DNA of 42,327 nt from Thermodesulfobacteriota bacterium (GCA_040755455.1 JBFMAY010000038.1:1-42327); one strand, 5' to 3'; positions 6,777 to 16,198 are shown, counted from the stretch's first letter. Numbers and translations: made by a program. Notes: a model not told the origin generated them from the sequence alone.

Positions 6777-9443
6777 TTATTCGCTGTCCTGGACGAGGCG
6801 GAATCCCAGGTCGTCGATCCGGTTGGCTGCGGTGTTCCTGTAGCGGACAGCCGATCGAACGCCCCTCGGAGTGTCGAGCCAGGAACCGCCGCGCACAACG
6901 CGCCGGCCGCATTCCCCGCCGGCCGCCTCAAACCATGCCGACCCATCTTCCGGAGAATTGGTATAATCCTCATGCCAGCAGTCTTCGGTCCATTCCCAGA
7001 CATTTCCGAGCATGTCATACAGTCCCTTCCCATTTGGCTTAAAAGATCCAACCGGCGCAGGCCATGCATAGTTGTCCTCACATTCATGAGGTTCCCAGTT
7101 TACACTGAATCTTGCTTTAATGGTTTCTTCATTTTTCCGGTCAAAAACATTGGCGAAGTCGCAGGCCTTTTCTGGTTCATTACCCCAGAAACGTCGGGTT
7201 ATGGTCCCAGCCCGGGCCGCGTATTCCCATTCCGCTTCGGTGGGCAACCGGTAGCGCTTGCCGGTTTTTTCGGAAAGCCATGCGGCATAGGCCTCGGCGT
7301 CGTCCCATGAGACATAGATCACCGGCTGTTTCCCGCGCCCCCAGCCGTTGTCAAATGCAGGAGAGCGGTCCGTATCATAGGTAAATTTGTCATACTCCGC
7401 AAAAGTCACCTCATAGCGCCCAATGGCAAACGGCTTCTTGATGATCACAGGGTGAGAAGGTCGTTCATCGTCGTATGCCTCATCGTCTGTTTCCGGTGAG
7501 CCCATGTTGAACTCGTCAGGTTCGATGACCACCATTTCCGGCTCCACCGGCCGCCGCCTTTCGCGGTCTTCGGCAAGTTTTGCATATTGCCAGATGGAGA
7601 TCACCGTCATGACGAGCAGTACTGCCGCCGCCGCGGACCACTGCAGGATCTTGCGCCGCCGCACCGTGTTTGCGCTTATCCGGATAAAGGCGCGTTCATC
7701 TTCTGCGAGGTCGGCCTCCCGCTCAACGAGCCAGCGCTCCGCCTCGGCCAGCGGCCCGCCGCGCAAGAGGGTGGCGCGGTCTTTTTTTTCTGAGCGCTGC
7801 CATTCCTCGAGGGCCGCGGCCAGCCGGTGGCGCCAGGTGCGGAAATCGCGGTCCGCGTCGAGCCAGGCCTGCAGCCGCTTCCAGCGCCGGATCAAGGCTT
7901 CGTGGGCAACATCGAGGATTTCCTTGCCGGTGGCCTCGTCGCGGCCGGAGACCAGCAATCGTTCACGGGTGAGGCGCGCCACGACCTCTTTTGCCTCATC
8001 GCTCAGCTTGTCCATTTCGAGGCGGCGTCGGGTGTCCTTGGCGCCCTCTTCGGTATGCACCAGGTCGAGGAAGACTGAACGGAGTTTTTCCTCCCGGATC
8101 GCACCCTGGCCGCAGATCGATTCGCAGACCTCTTCGGCCCGCTTGGCCATGGCGCCCTGCACCCCTTCCATGGCCTCATAGGCAGCGTGGTGCAGCATGC
8201 CGCCGCGGCGTTCCTCCCAGAGGCCCTTGAGAACAAATTCCAGGAGCGGCAGATTGCCGGGCTCGTCACCGACATCATCGAGGATGCGGCTCTCCAGGCC
8301 AGCTTCATAGGCAAGGCCCACCTTTTCAGCCGGCATCACCACGGCCCGGCGCAGCTCCCCGCGGTTCATCGGGCCAAGGTTGATAACTGCATCCTGGAGG
8401 GCATCGGCAAGTGAACGCTGCGCCAGGGCATGCCCGTAAAAATCGCCGCGCAGGGTGAGAACGATGTGCAGGGAAACATGCGGGAGGGTTTCGAGCAGCC
8501 GGTTGACGAAGCAGATGGACTCCTCTACGCCGGCCAGGGTATAGAGTTCTTCCCACTGGTCCACCACCAGCAGCAGACGGTCCGTGCCGGGCTGTTTTTC
8601 GAGGACCCGCTCGACCACGTCGCGCAGGCCGCCGGCATTTTCGCTGAAATAATCGGTGAGCTTTTTGATTTTGTCGAGACGGTCAAGCTCGTCGATCTCG
8701 GGCTCGAGCAGCGACAGGAGCACTGCGGCAAGGGCACGCAGCGGCCGGTCGCCCGGCACGACGGTGGCGATCTCCCAGGCCACCCCTTGCGGATTCCTGC
8801 GCAACCGCGGCAAGAGACCTGCCCGCACCGCCGAGGATTTGCCGCAGCCGGAAGCACCCACCACCGCTACCAGCGGCCGTCTGCCGACCTCCGCGGCAAG
8901 CCGGTCGCTGAACTCCTCGCGGCCGAAAAAAAAAGGCGCGTCCTCTTCCCGGAAACAGCTCAACCCCCGGAACGGGCAGAGTGTGGCGCGGATGGTTTCG
9001 ATTTTTTCGGCAAGCTGCGGTCCGGGCGGCTCCCCCCGGGCAGCACGGACGAGGATGGCAAGGGATTCGGCATCGTTGATGTTGTCGCGCAGATCGACCC
9101 AGGTATTGAGCGACAGAAAGGCGAAACCGGGCTCGGCACCTGGCAGCAGCACCGGGATGACAGGGAAATCCTCCTCTTTGCCTTGGCGGTCAAGGGCCAG
9201 CTCCTTTTCCCGCTGCTGCCAGCCGCCCATGCCGTGCGGCCCGAGAAAGACCGCCACCGCCCGGCAGGACAGCAGCGTCTTCTCGAGCGCCGTCTGCCAC
9301 CGCTGTCCCGGCACCAGATACCACCGGTCGAGAAAGACCTTCAGCCCCGCCTCATGCAGACCACGGGCAACCGCCTCCACCGCCTGCCGGTCTCGCCAGT
9401 GGTAGCTCAGGAACAGATCGTATTGGTGTGTTTCTGCAGGCAC
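6777..9443 (-). CDS. DGR target protein: TIR - STAND (nSTAND1-like) NTPase - TM helix - FGE-sulfatase/C-type lectin-fold domain with VR (888 aa)
   Basis: TIR: YDLFLSYHWRD, VFLDRW, WQQREKELAL, VIPVLLPG. NTPase: CPFRGL..F..EDAPFFFGRE, Walker A GASGCGKS, Walker B LLLVVDQWEELY. TM: WSAAAAVLLVMTVISIW. FGE domain: RLPTEAEWEYAARAG, GLYDMLGNVWEW, RVVRGGSW...GFRLV. Confidence 0.92.
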   Translation of the reverse strand: MPAETHQYDLFLSYHWRDRQAVEAVARGLHEAGLKVFLDRWYLVPGQRWQTALEKTLLSCRAVAVFLGPHGMGGWQQREKELALDRQGKEEDFPVIPVLLPGAEPGFAFLSLNTWVDLRDNINDAESLAILVRAARGEPPGPQLAEKIETIRATLCPFRGLSCFREEDAPFFFGREEFSDRLAAEVGRRPLVAVVGASGCGKSSAVRAGLLPRLRRNPQGVAWEIATVVPGDRPLRALAAVLLSLLEPEIDELDRLDKIKKLTDYFSENAGGLRDVVERVLEKQPGTDRLLLVVDQWEELYTLAGVEESICFVNRLLETLPHVSLHIVLTLRGDFYGHALAQRSLADALQDAVINLGPMNRGELRRAVVMPAEKVGLAYEAGLESRILDDVGDEPGNLPLLEFVLKGLWEERRGGMLHHAAYEAMEGVQGAMAKRAEEVCESICGQGAIREEKLRSVFLDLVHTEEGAKDTRRRLEMDKLSDEAKEVVARLTRERLLVSGRDEATGKEILDVAHEALIRRWKRLQAWLDADRDFRTWRHRLAAALEEWQRSEKKDRATLLRGGPLAEAERWLVEREADLAEDERAFIRISANTVRRRKILQWSAAAAVLLVMTVISIWQYAKLAEDRERRRPVEPEMVVIEPDEFNMGSPETDDEAYDDERPSHPVIIKKPFAIGRYEVTFAEYDKFTYDTDRSPAFDNGWGRGKQPVIYVSWDDAEAYAAWLSEKTGKRYRLPTEAEWEYAARAGTITRRFWGNEPEKACDFANVFDRKNEETIKARFSVNWEPHECEDNYAWPAPVGSFKPNGKGLYDMLGNVWEWTEDCWHEDYTNSPEDGSAWFEAAGGECGRRVVRGGSWLDTPRGVRSAVRYRNTAANRIDDLGFRLVQDSE
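6789..6910 (-). repeat. DGR variable repeat (VR), 122 nt, at the 3' end of the target gene
   Basis: Encodes GRRVVRGGSWLDTPRGVRSAVRYRNTAANRIDDLGFRLVQ; 13 A-to-N differences from TR give 10 amino-acid changes. Confidence 0.97.
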
Positions 9444-9836
9444 CAGACCTACCTTGCTGTTTTCACTTTTTTAATTTTGTAAAAAAACAAAAGAAATCAA
9501 CCACGGTTCCTAACAAAAGTCAAACATGGTTTCTGAATTAAGGCTTATCATACGCAAGTCCTATCATCCTGCCAAGACCATCTCAGGAATATACGTAACA
9601 AACAAAATTACCGCGAAATCGACTCATGGAATCTCTAGGAATTGATACTTTCCAGAATCAAACTATTTCCAAAAACATGCCCCCGCGTGTGTGGGGTTTT
9701 GTCGTAAACGGGAACTTGCCGGTAAACAGGCAGGGCAAAATCGACAATATTGCTTGCGCACGATTTCAATAATTTAAGCATGTTATATGCTATCTGCAGT
9801 ACTTGCCCCCGTTAAGCGCGCAGGACAAAACCCAGC

Positions 9837-10562
9837 CTATGCTGGCCCGCTGATCAGCCGCGCCACCTCACTGTGGATCCTTGCCGCCAGCTCGTGCTTC
9901 TGAGCGGCGGAAAATTCCTTGGTGGCGATGGGTGTTCCCAGGCGAATGATGACCCGGCCCGGCTTGGCCAGCAGCTTGCCTTTCGGCAGAATCTCGTAGG
10001 TTCCGGAGATTCCCACCGGCACCACCGGCACCCCTGCCTTGATGGCCAGCACCATGCCGCCGGACTTAAAATCATGGAGCTTGCCGTCAAGACTCCTTGT
10101 TCCCTCGGGAAAAAGAATAACAGATGTCCCGGCGGCGATGCGCTCCGCCGCCTCTTTCAGGCTTTTCAGCGCCTCCCGCCCGTGTGACCGGTCTATGGCA
10201 ATATAACCGGCCAGCTGCATCGCCCGGCCGAAAAGAGGGATTTGAAAGAGTTCCTTTTTGGCCAGCCAGCGGAAATCAAGATCAAAACAGCCCTGCATGG
10301 CGAAAATATCAAACTGGCTCTGGTGGTTGGCGGCAAAAATATAGGGCCTGTCTCTGGCAATATTTTCCAATCCTTCAACTTTCACCGTTACTCCGCTGGC
10401 AGCCAATATGATTTTCGCCCAGGTCCGGGGCAGAACCTGGGCCTTCTGTGCCGAGCCCCTGAACACCACCAGAAACAGAATCGCCAGCACACTTGTTATA
10501 AAAGTGCTGAACGGAATCAGCAGAAAAACCAGAACCCCTCTGATAAAGATCAATAATCTCAT
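9837..10562 (-). CDS. plsC: 1-acyl-sn-glycerol-3-phosphate acyltransferase
   Basis: NHQSQFD (NHxxxxD), LAKKELF and FPEGTRS acyltransferase motifs. Confidence 0.9.
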   Translation of the reverse strand: MRLLIFIRGVLVFLLIPFSTFITSVLAILFLVVFRGSAQKAQVLPRTWAKIILAASGVTVKVEGLENIARDRPYIFAANHQSQFDIFAMQGCFDLDFRWLAKKELFQIPLFGRAMQLAGYIAIDRSHGREALKSLKEAAERIAAGTSVILFPEGTRSLDGKLHDFKSGGMVLAIKAGVPVVPVGISGTYEILPKGKLLAKPGRVIIRLGTPIATKEFSAAQKHELAARIHSEVARLISGPA

Positions 10563-10717
10563 GGAAGCAAACTCGATTTACTGCAAACGCATGCAGGTTG
10601 TTTCTGTGTTGACAGTTATGGAAAAGAAGTCCATTTCGTGTTATCTATCATTTTCGTTTTTCTTTAAACGTAATAGTTAAAAATTGCCAGCAATTCGGCT
10701 CCTAAGGTAGTCGCTCA

Positions 10718-13700
10718 ATGTCAAAAAATGATCAGGATCCCTTCGGATCAATATCCATATCACAGGAAGCGGAAGAACCGGAACCGGAAAAAACCGAGCC
10801 CGAACCGGCTGGTCTTGATGTCTTTATTGATCAACCGGCAGATCAGCCCCGGACGCTGAAAAAGAGAGCAACGCGCGCCGCTGCCGCACCAGATGAGCTG
10901 CGCCCGGCCGCTGCCCCGCAACACCGGCAGCGGCAGTCAGCGGTGCCGGGAGTCGCGATCATTCTGCCGGCCATTGTTTTTCTCGTATTCATCACTTATA
11001 CATTAATCGGCTTTCTCGGCGTACCCTATTTTTTCCGGAACATGTTGCCGGCAAAGGCCCAAAAAAGTATCAACCGCGCCATCACCTTCGGCGCCGTGAG
11101 CTTTAACCCCTTTACCTTGAAGCTCACACTGCAGAACACCATTATCGGCCCGAACCTGGCCGATCCGGATGACCAGATCGATCCCCTTTTTTCCGCCGGG
11201 GCCATCGAGGCTGATATTTCCTGGTCATCACTTTTCCGCCGCCAGTTCAACTGCGCAACCCTTAGCGCGGACAATCTTTTTCTGCATCTGGTCAGGGATA
11301 AGGAACAAAAATACAACCTGGCGGATCTCGTGCCGGTCCGGGAGCACCAGGCCATTCCCGTAATCAATCTACCCTTTGCCTATTTTCTGCAGAACATCAC
11401 CGTGACAAACAGCCGGATTGTCTTCGATGATATGCCGGCCCAGAAAACCCACAACCTTGAGCAGATCAATCTTGCCCTGCCCCTGCTGTTCCATAACCCT
11501 GACAACGGAACCACGGCCCGGCAGACCTACCCGGTCAGCGACCGCTACATCAATCCCAGGTTCTCCGCGCTGATCAACGGCAGCCCTGTTGAACTGACCG
11601 GCAAAACTAAGGTGGACGGGGAGAATTTTCAAGCCCAGCTGCAGCTTCATTTCAATGCCGTTGATCTGCCCGCCTACCTCGCCTATCTGCCCGCGCAACC
11701 GGGATTCAGCGTTGATAAAGGGGCCGGCGACATCCTCATGGATATCACCTTTCTTTCCGGACCCGCTGAACAGCTCAGCCTTGAGATTGAGACCACCAGC
11801 CGCCTGTCGGATATCACCATCAAAGACCGCAACGGCAATATCAGCACGGTTCCAGAAGCCACGGTCATGGCAACCGTCTATCCCCTGACACCCCAGTACA
11901 ACTTTAAGGAAATCAACCTGACAAATCCCGCCCTGTACCTGGGCAGACAGGCCGACGGACAGTGGTCCTTCCCCGTCCTTGGCCCGGCCCCGCCAACAGC
12001 CGCGGAGGGCGATAAAAAAACAAATCTTGTTGTGGACAAGGTGAAAGTGACAAACGGCAGGCTGTCTTTCGTCGATCAGAAGGTGGCCGGCGGCTTCACC
12101 GAGACCTTGTCGGAATTGCATTGCACTCTGGACAATTTCAGCCACCTGGGCAACCAGGCCGCCCCCTTTTCCCTGCAAGGCACGACCTCCGGCAAAGGCA
12201 AAATTTCCCTGCAGGGGGAGCTTGTGCCCGCCCCGCTGGCCATCAAGGGGCTGGCAACGGGCAACGGGCTCAGCCTGAAGAAATTATCCCCCTACCTGGC
12301 ACCTGCCGGCTGCATTATCACCCAGGGCGATATTGAAAAATTGACCAGTGGTTTTGCCGTTCATGGCGGCAAGAAAAACCAGGTGAGCTTTGACAACGCC
12401 GCACTTGATGTGAGCGGTTTCATCCTCAGCAGCCAGGGCCGCAACTGGCTCACCCTGCCCAAAGCCCATCTGGGCCTTGCCATGCTGCAACCCGGAAACG
12501 CGCTGGTTAAAGATGTCACCCTGACGGCCGACAACGGGGAAATTGTTCTGCAATGGGATAGCCAGAACAATTTCAACTGGGCCCAGCTGAAAAAAAACAA
12601 AGGCCCGGCAGGCAGTGAAAAATCCTGGCAGGTTTCCCTGTCATCCCTCGAATTACGCCAGACCATGCTGCATCTGGAAGACGGCTCCCTGCCCACCCCC
12701 ATCAGTCTTTCCCAGGCCAATGTGCACATCAAAGCAACAGACCTGGCAACCGCAGCGGACCATCAAGGGGATGTGCTCATCGAAACCGCTGAGCTGGGCG
12801 GAGGCACCCTCACCCTGTCCGGGCCCGTCGCCCTCTCCCCGTTTGCCGCCCGTTTCTCCTGCAATCTGAGCAATTACCGCATCGCCACTCTTCCCACCCT
12901 GCTCACCGACTGGCTCAATGTGACAAAAATTGCCGGCGAGGTGGACGCCCAGGGTGAGATCAGCCTGCCTCATTTCGCCTATACAGGCTCGCTGACCATG
13001 CATCATTTCAGCGCCGGCCGGGAAAGCGGGCCGGAGCTGGTCAGCTTCACCACGGCTGAGACTCCCCGCCTGGATTTCACCCTCAAACCCCTGGCCGTAA
13101 ACATCGGCGAGCTATCCTTGGCTCAGCCCCTGTTACGCCTGATTATTCCCGCCAAGGAACCGGTAAATGTCAGCGACCTCTTCAGCCGCACCCGCCCTGG
13201 ATTAAGTGATTTTGCCAACACCGGCCAGATTGTGGTCGCAAGCATCAAGCTGACCGACGCCACCCTGGCTTTTGCCGACCAGCGGGTTTTTCCCGTTTAT
13301 TCATCCCAGTTACGGCTTAACGGCACAATGGACAATCTCATCAATAAACCCGGCGAAAAATTGCACATCAACCTGACCAGCACCGCCGAACAGCAATCAA
13401 CCGGGTCAATTGCCGGGGATCTCGGCTTTTTTGATACCTCTCTCAGCGCTGATTTCGAAGCGGCCGTGCAGAATATGCCGCTCAAAGAGTTCTCCACCTA
13501 CCTGGGGGCGCTGCTGGGTTACCGGCTGCAGGATGGCCGGTTCGCGTTTACCACCAGATATCAGCAGGAAAACGGCAATGTAACCGCTGACAACACCCTG
13601 CTGGTCACCGCCCTCAAACTGGGGGAACCCCAGGGAACGCTGAGCAGCCAGCTGCCTTTGACCATTGCCCTGCTGGCTGACCAGAATGGGGAAATTAAAC

Positions 13701-14344
13701 TCCACCTCCCGGTTAAAGGCTCAACCTCCGACCCCGCATACACCCTGCCCGGCGCATTGGGACGTTCCCTGCGTAACACTGTCTTGAAAACGTCCGTCTC
13801 CCCGTTTTCCCAGCTGCAGCCAAGTTTTCCGGAACTGGATCAATCCCGCGACCATCTGCTTTTCGCCCCTGGAAAAGCGGATTTAACCGAGGAAAACAAA
13901 AAACTGCTCACTCTTTTCGCGCAGGTTTTAGCGCAGCGGCCGCTGCTCACCTTATCGATTAAGGGGTATGCCGACCAGGACCATGATGCAAAAATTCTTA
14001 TGGCTGATAAAAAGGAAATTGCCCGGCAACGAGAGCTGCTGGAGCTGAGACGATCGGCGCAAATTACGGAAAAATATGGCAAGGAGGAAATTTCTCCCGC
14101 CAATCAGCAGCCGGCGCCCCCCCCACCCCCCCGCCCGGCCCCCGACTTCTCGGTGGGCAAGAACGAACTGCTGCAGCTCGCCAAGCAGCGGCAGAAGGCA
14201 GTGAACGATTTCCTGGTTTCCGCCTTGAAGAGTGACCAGAAACGTGTTATCCAGGACAGCTCAGGCGCTCTTGTTCCCGCCGATGCGGCAGGTCGGCCGG
14301 GTAACAGGGTTGATTTGAAAATCGGCGCGGTCATCACCAGATAA
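10718..14344 (+). CDS. DUF748/AsmA-like membrane-anchored protein with C-terminal OmpA-like domain
   Basis: 1208 aa; N-terminal TM followed by SFNPFTLKLTL; repeated beta-rich modules; LPLTIALLADQNGEIKLHLPVKG; C-terminal LAQRPLLTLSIKGYAD. Confidence 0.7.
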   Translation: MSKNDQDPFGSISISQEAEEPEPEKTEPEPAGLDVFIDQPADQPRTLKKRATRAAAAPDELRPAAAPQHRQRQSAVPGVAIILPAIVFLVFITYTLIGFLGVPYFFRNMLPAKAQKSINRAITFGAVSFNPFTLKLTLQNTIIGPNLADPDDQIDPLFSAGAIEADISWSSLFRRQFNCATLSADNLFLHLVRDKEQKYNLADLVPVREHQAIPVINLPFAYFLQNITVTNSRIVFDDMPAQKTHNLEQINLALPLLFHNPDNGTTARQTYPVSDRYINPRFSALINGSPVELTGKTKVDGENFQAQLQLHFNAVDLPAYLAYLPAQPGFSVDKGAGDILMDITFLSGPAEQLSLEIETTSRLSDITIKDRNGNISTVPEATVMATVYPLTPQYNFKEINLTNPALYLGRQADGQWSFPVLGPAPPTAAEGDKKTNLVVDKVKVTNGRLSFVDQKVAGGFTETLSELHCTLDNFSHLGNQAAPFSLQGTTSGKGKISLQGELVPAPLAIKGLATGNGLSLKKLSPYLAPAGCIITQGDIEKLTSGFAVHGGKKNQVSFDNAALDVSGFILSSQGRNWLTLPKAHLGLAMLQPGNALVKDVTLTADNGEIVLQWDSQNNFNWAQLKKNKGPAGSEKSWQVSLSSLELRQTMLHLEDGSLPTPISLSQANVHIKATDLATAADHQGDVLIETAELGGGTLTLSGPVALSPFAARFSCNLSNYRIATLPTLLTDWLNVTKIAGEVDAQGEISLPHFAYTGSLTMHHFSAGRESGPELVSFTTAETPRLDFTLKPLAVNIGELSLAQPLLRLIIPAKEPVNVSDLFSRTRPGLSDFANTGQIVVASIKLTDATLAFADQRVFPVYSSQLRLNGTMDNLINKPGEKLHINLTSTAEQQSTGSIAGDLGFFDTSLSADFEAAVQNMPLKEFSTYLGALLGYRLQDGRFAFTTRYQQENGNVTADNTLLVTALKLGEPQGTLSSQLPLTIALLADQNGEIKLHLPVKGSTSDPAYTLPGALGRSLRNTVLKTSVSPFSQLQPSFPELDQSRDHLLFAPGKADLTEENKKLLTLFAQVLAQRPLLTLSIKGYADQDHDAKILMADKKEIARQRELLELRRSAQITEKYGKEEISPANQQPAPPPPPRPAPDFSVGKNELLQLAKQRQKAVNDFLVSALKSDQKRVIQDSSGALVPADAAGRPGNRVDLKIGAVITR

Positions 14345-14375
14345 CAAAAACACAATAATCAGCGCGGGATTGCCA

Positions 14376-15203
14376 ATGCTTCGCCCACCCTATCAATCAT
14401 ACGACAGACTCCATGTTTACCATCTTGATATGGCGCAAATTCCCGCTTTTGCTGATCCGGACCTGATCGGCATCTGGATTGAGGATGACACGGCCGTCCT
14501 TTTTTTCCACCAGGCAAAAGACCGCCTTGTCGCTGATCTCTGTTCCCGCCACCACTGCAATGTCGTCTATCAGGCAGATCTTGATTATTGCGACTGGGAG
14601 GCGGGGCAGCAGATCTCTTCTTTTACGGTGGGCGGGGTAACGGTTGCTCCTGTTTGGGAAAGGGGCAGCGCAGACATCCGCCTTGACCCCAGCGTTATCT
14701 TCGGCAGCGGCTTTCACCCGACCACCCGGGTCTGCCTGGAAACAGTGATCAACTACCTGCAAACTCCTGAAGCAGCCATCAGGACCATGCTTGACCTGGG
14801 CACGGGCACCGGGCTGCTCAGCATTGCCGCGGCCCGCTTTGGCGCGGAAAAAATCACTGCCGTTGACAACAATCCCCTGGCCTGCGAGGTCGCCCGGGCG
14901 AACTGCCGATTGAACAAGGTGGATGGGCGGATAGATGTCAGACAGATGGACCTGCGCGCCGTCAAGCCGCAAACCAGCGGCTATAATCTGGTGGTGGCCA
15001 ATCTCTACCGCGGCTTGCTGGAGCAGCTTTTTCAGGCACCATCCTTCTGGGAAGCGGATCTTTACATCCTGTCCGGCTTCATGCAGTCCATGGAGGCGGA
15101 GCTGCTGGCTGAACTGCCTGCAGAGCGGATGCGCTTTCTCGACAGAAAACGAAATGACAAATGGTGTATTTGGGTGCTGGGTAACAGAAAAGTGATCGGG
15201 TGA
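14376..15203 (+). CDS. PrmA-like (ribosomal protein L11) SAM-dependent methyltransferase
   Basis: LDPSVIFGSGFHPTT and MLDLGTGTGLLSIAA motifs. Substrate not verified. Confidence 0.75.
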   Translation: MLRPPYQSYDRLHVYHLDMAQIPAFADPDLIGIWIEDDTAVLFFHQAKDRLVADLCSRHHCNVVYQADLDYCDWEAGQQISSFTVGGVTVAPVWERGSADIRLDPSVIFGSGFHPTTRVCLETVINYLQTPEAAIRTMLDLGTGTGLLSIAAARFGAEKITAVDNNPLACEVARANCRLNKVDGRIDVRQMDLRAVKPQTSGYNLVVANLYRGLLEQLFQAPSFWEADLYILSGFMQSMEAELLAELPAERMRFLDRKRNDKWCIWVLGNRKVIG

Positions 15204-15716
15204 ATGAGGATGTTAAACGAATTATACTTCAGTGCAGTGCCGCATAAACTTTCCTGGGCCCGGCGACTTCATGAAGAATGCGGAGTTGCGCTGCTGAACC
15301 TGCCGGGCATGAAGGATAAGTTGCATAATCTCGAAGTTCTCTCCCAGGCTTTACAGTGCCACATGGCATCCATGTCCATGTTTTCCCTTTGCCAGACATG
15401 CGCCGCAAAGGCTGGTGGCGGCTGCTGCAGTGCCTACATGGCCGGTGAAACAGACGCGCTCTTATTGTTGTTAAACATGCTGCTGGGTATTGAGGTAACT
15501 CCCCAGCGGGATGATGCTGTTGAATGTTGTTTTCTTGGCCCCCAAGGCTGCATCCTGAGAGTGAAACCCATTTTCTGCCTCAACTATAACTGCCATCACA
15601 TCTTGACCGGCAATGATCCGGCCGTGCTGAAAAATCTTGAAAAAGCCGCATCTGCCGTTCTGCTTGAGCAGACTGCAGTGGAAAAAATCCTGATCGGGCA
15701 TATTTTCTCCAGATAA
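15204..15716 (+). CDS. Cys-rich hypothetical protein (possible Fe-S/Zn cluster, YkgJ-like)
   Basis: CxxC...CC and CCFLGPQGC...KPIFCLNYNC pattern; directly abuts the methyltransferase stop. Confidence 0.6.
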   Translation: MRMLNELYFSAVPHKLSWARRLHEECGVALLNLPGMKDKLHNLEVLSQALQCHMASMSMFSLCQTCAAKAGGGCCSAYMAGETDALLLLLNMLLGIEVTPQRDDAVECCFLGPQGCILRVKPIFCLNYNCHHILTGNDPAVLKNLEKAASAVLLEQTAVEKILIGHIFSR

Positions 15717-15730
15717 ATCTTCCACATCCC

Positions 15731-16102
15731 TTAAGCCGCGAAGTCGCTATCAGCCTTTTTTACCTGTTCCGGCCTGTGCAGTTCGATCTTTCTCGGTACA
15801 AGACCGCTTGCCATGAAGGCAGTGCACTGCTTTCTCTTATCAAACGGGCAGTCGGCTATATTCCAGCACGGGGTGTACTGCAGGAGTTTTTTTATCGCCG
15901 CAATACTGATGCCGCTCTCATGGATCATCCCTCTCAGGCATTCGATCCACTTGATATCATCCATGGTGAAGTAGCGCCATTTGCCCTGGCGAATCGGCTT
16001 GATCAACCCTTCACCCTCGTAGATCCGCAACGTCCTGGGATGTACTTTCAACATCTTGGAAGCTACACCGATTGTAAAGATTGCTTTATCGTCTGCTATC
16101 AT
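15731..16102 (-). CDS. MerR/HspR-like transcriptional regulator with Cys-rich C-terminus (copy 1)
   Basis: FTIGVASKMLKVHPRTLRIYEGEGLIKP HTH; WIECLR and PCWNIADCP...C tail. Confidence 0.85.
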   Translation of the reverse strand: MIADDKAIFTIGVASKMLKVHPRTLRIYEGEGLIKPIRQGKWRYFTMDDIKWIECLRGMIHESGISIAAIKKLLQYTPCWNIADCPFDKRKQCTAFMASGLVPRKIELHRPEQVKKADSDFAA

Positions 16103-16132
16103 TTTCTACCTCGCAACACTTTGAGTGTTATG

Positions 16133-16159
16133 ACCGGGGTACCACTGCGGTACCCCGGT
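16133..16159. other. Perfect 11-bp stem-loop between nrfD1 and merR1
   Basis: ACCGGGGTACC-actgc-GGTACCCCGGT; an adjacent palindrome AACACT-ttg-AGTGTT lies at 16115-16129. Confidence 0.6.
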
Positions 16160-16198
16160 TTTGCAGGATGAACTCAGTACGCGGTCATCTTCCCGGTT

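Larger units (their letters stand above)
4939..9443 (-). mobile_element. Diversity-generating retroelement (target-avd-RT-TR)
   Basis: DGR-type RT, Avd, a TR/VR pair with only adenine mismatches, and a hairpin downstream of VR are all co-located on the same strand. Confidence 0.97.

Noticed and set aside
5657..9482. Long plus-strand ORFs (5657..6427, 6396..7310, 7504..8181, 8430..9482, 8656..9405)
   Set aside because: Antisense shadows of GC-rich minus-strand genes, with no recognisable motifs.
9673..9699. CCCCCGCGTGTGTGGGG hairpin resembling a type I-E CRISPR repeat
   Set aside because: Single copy with no spacers and no cas genes; no CRISPR array was seen anywhere in the window.
14116..14143. 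C-rich homopolymer tracts as a phase-variation site
   Set aside because: They are interrupted runs encoding an in-frame Pro-rich linker (PAPPPPPRPAP); no sign of frameshift.
15731..16102. Calling the MerR proteins HspR heat-shock repressors
   Set aside because: No dnaK/dnaJ/clpB context and no complete HAIR inverted repeat (CTTGAGT-N7-ACTCAAG) seen; the Cys tail points to a different function.
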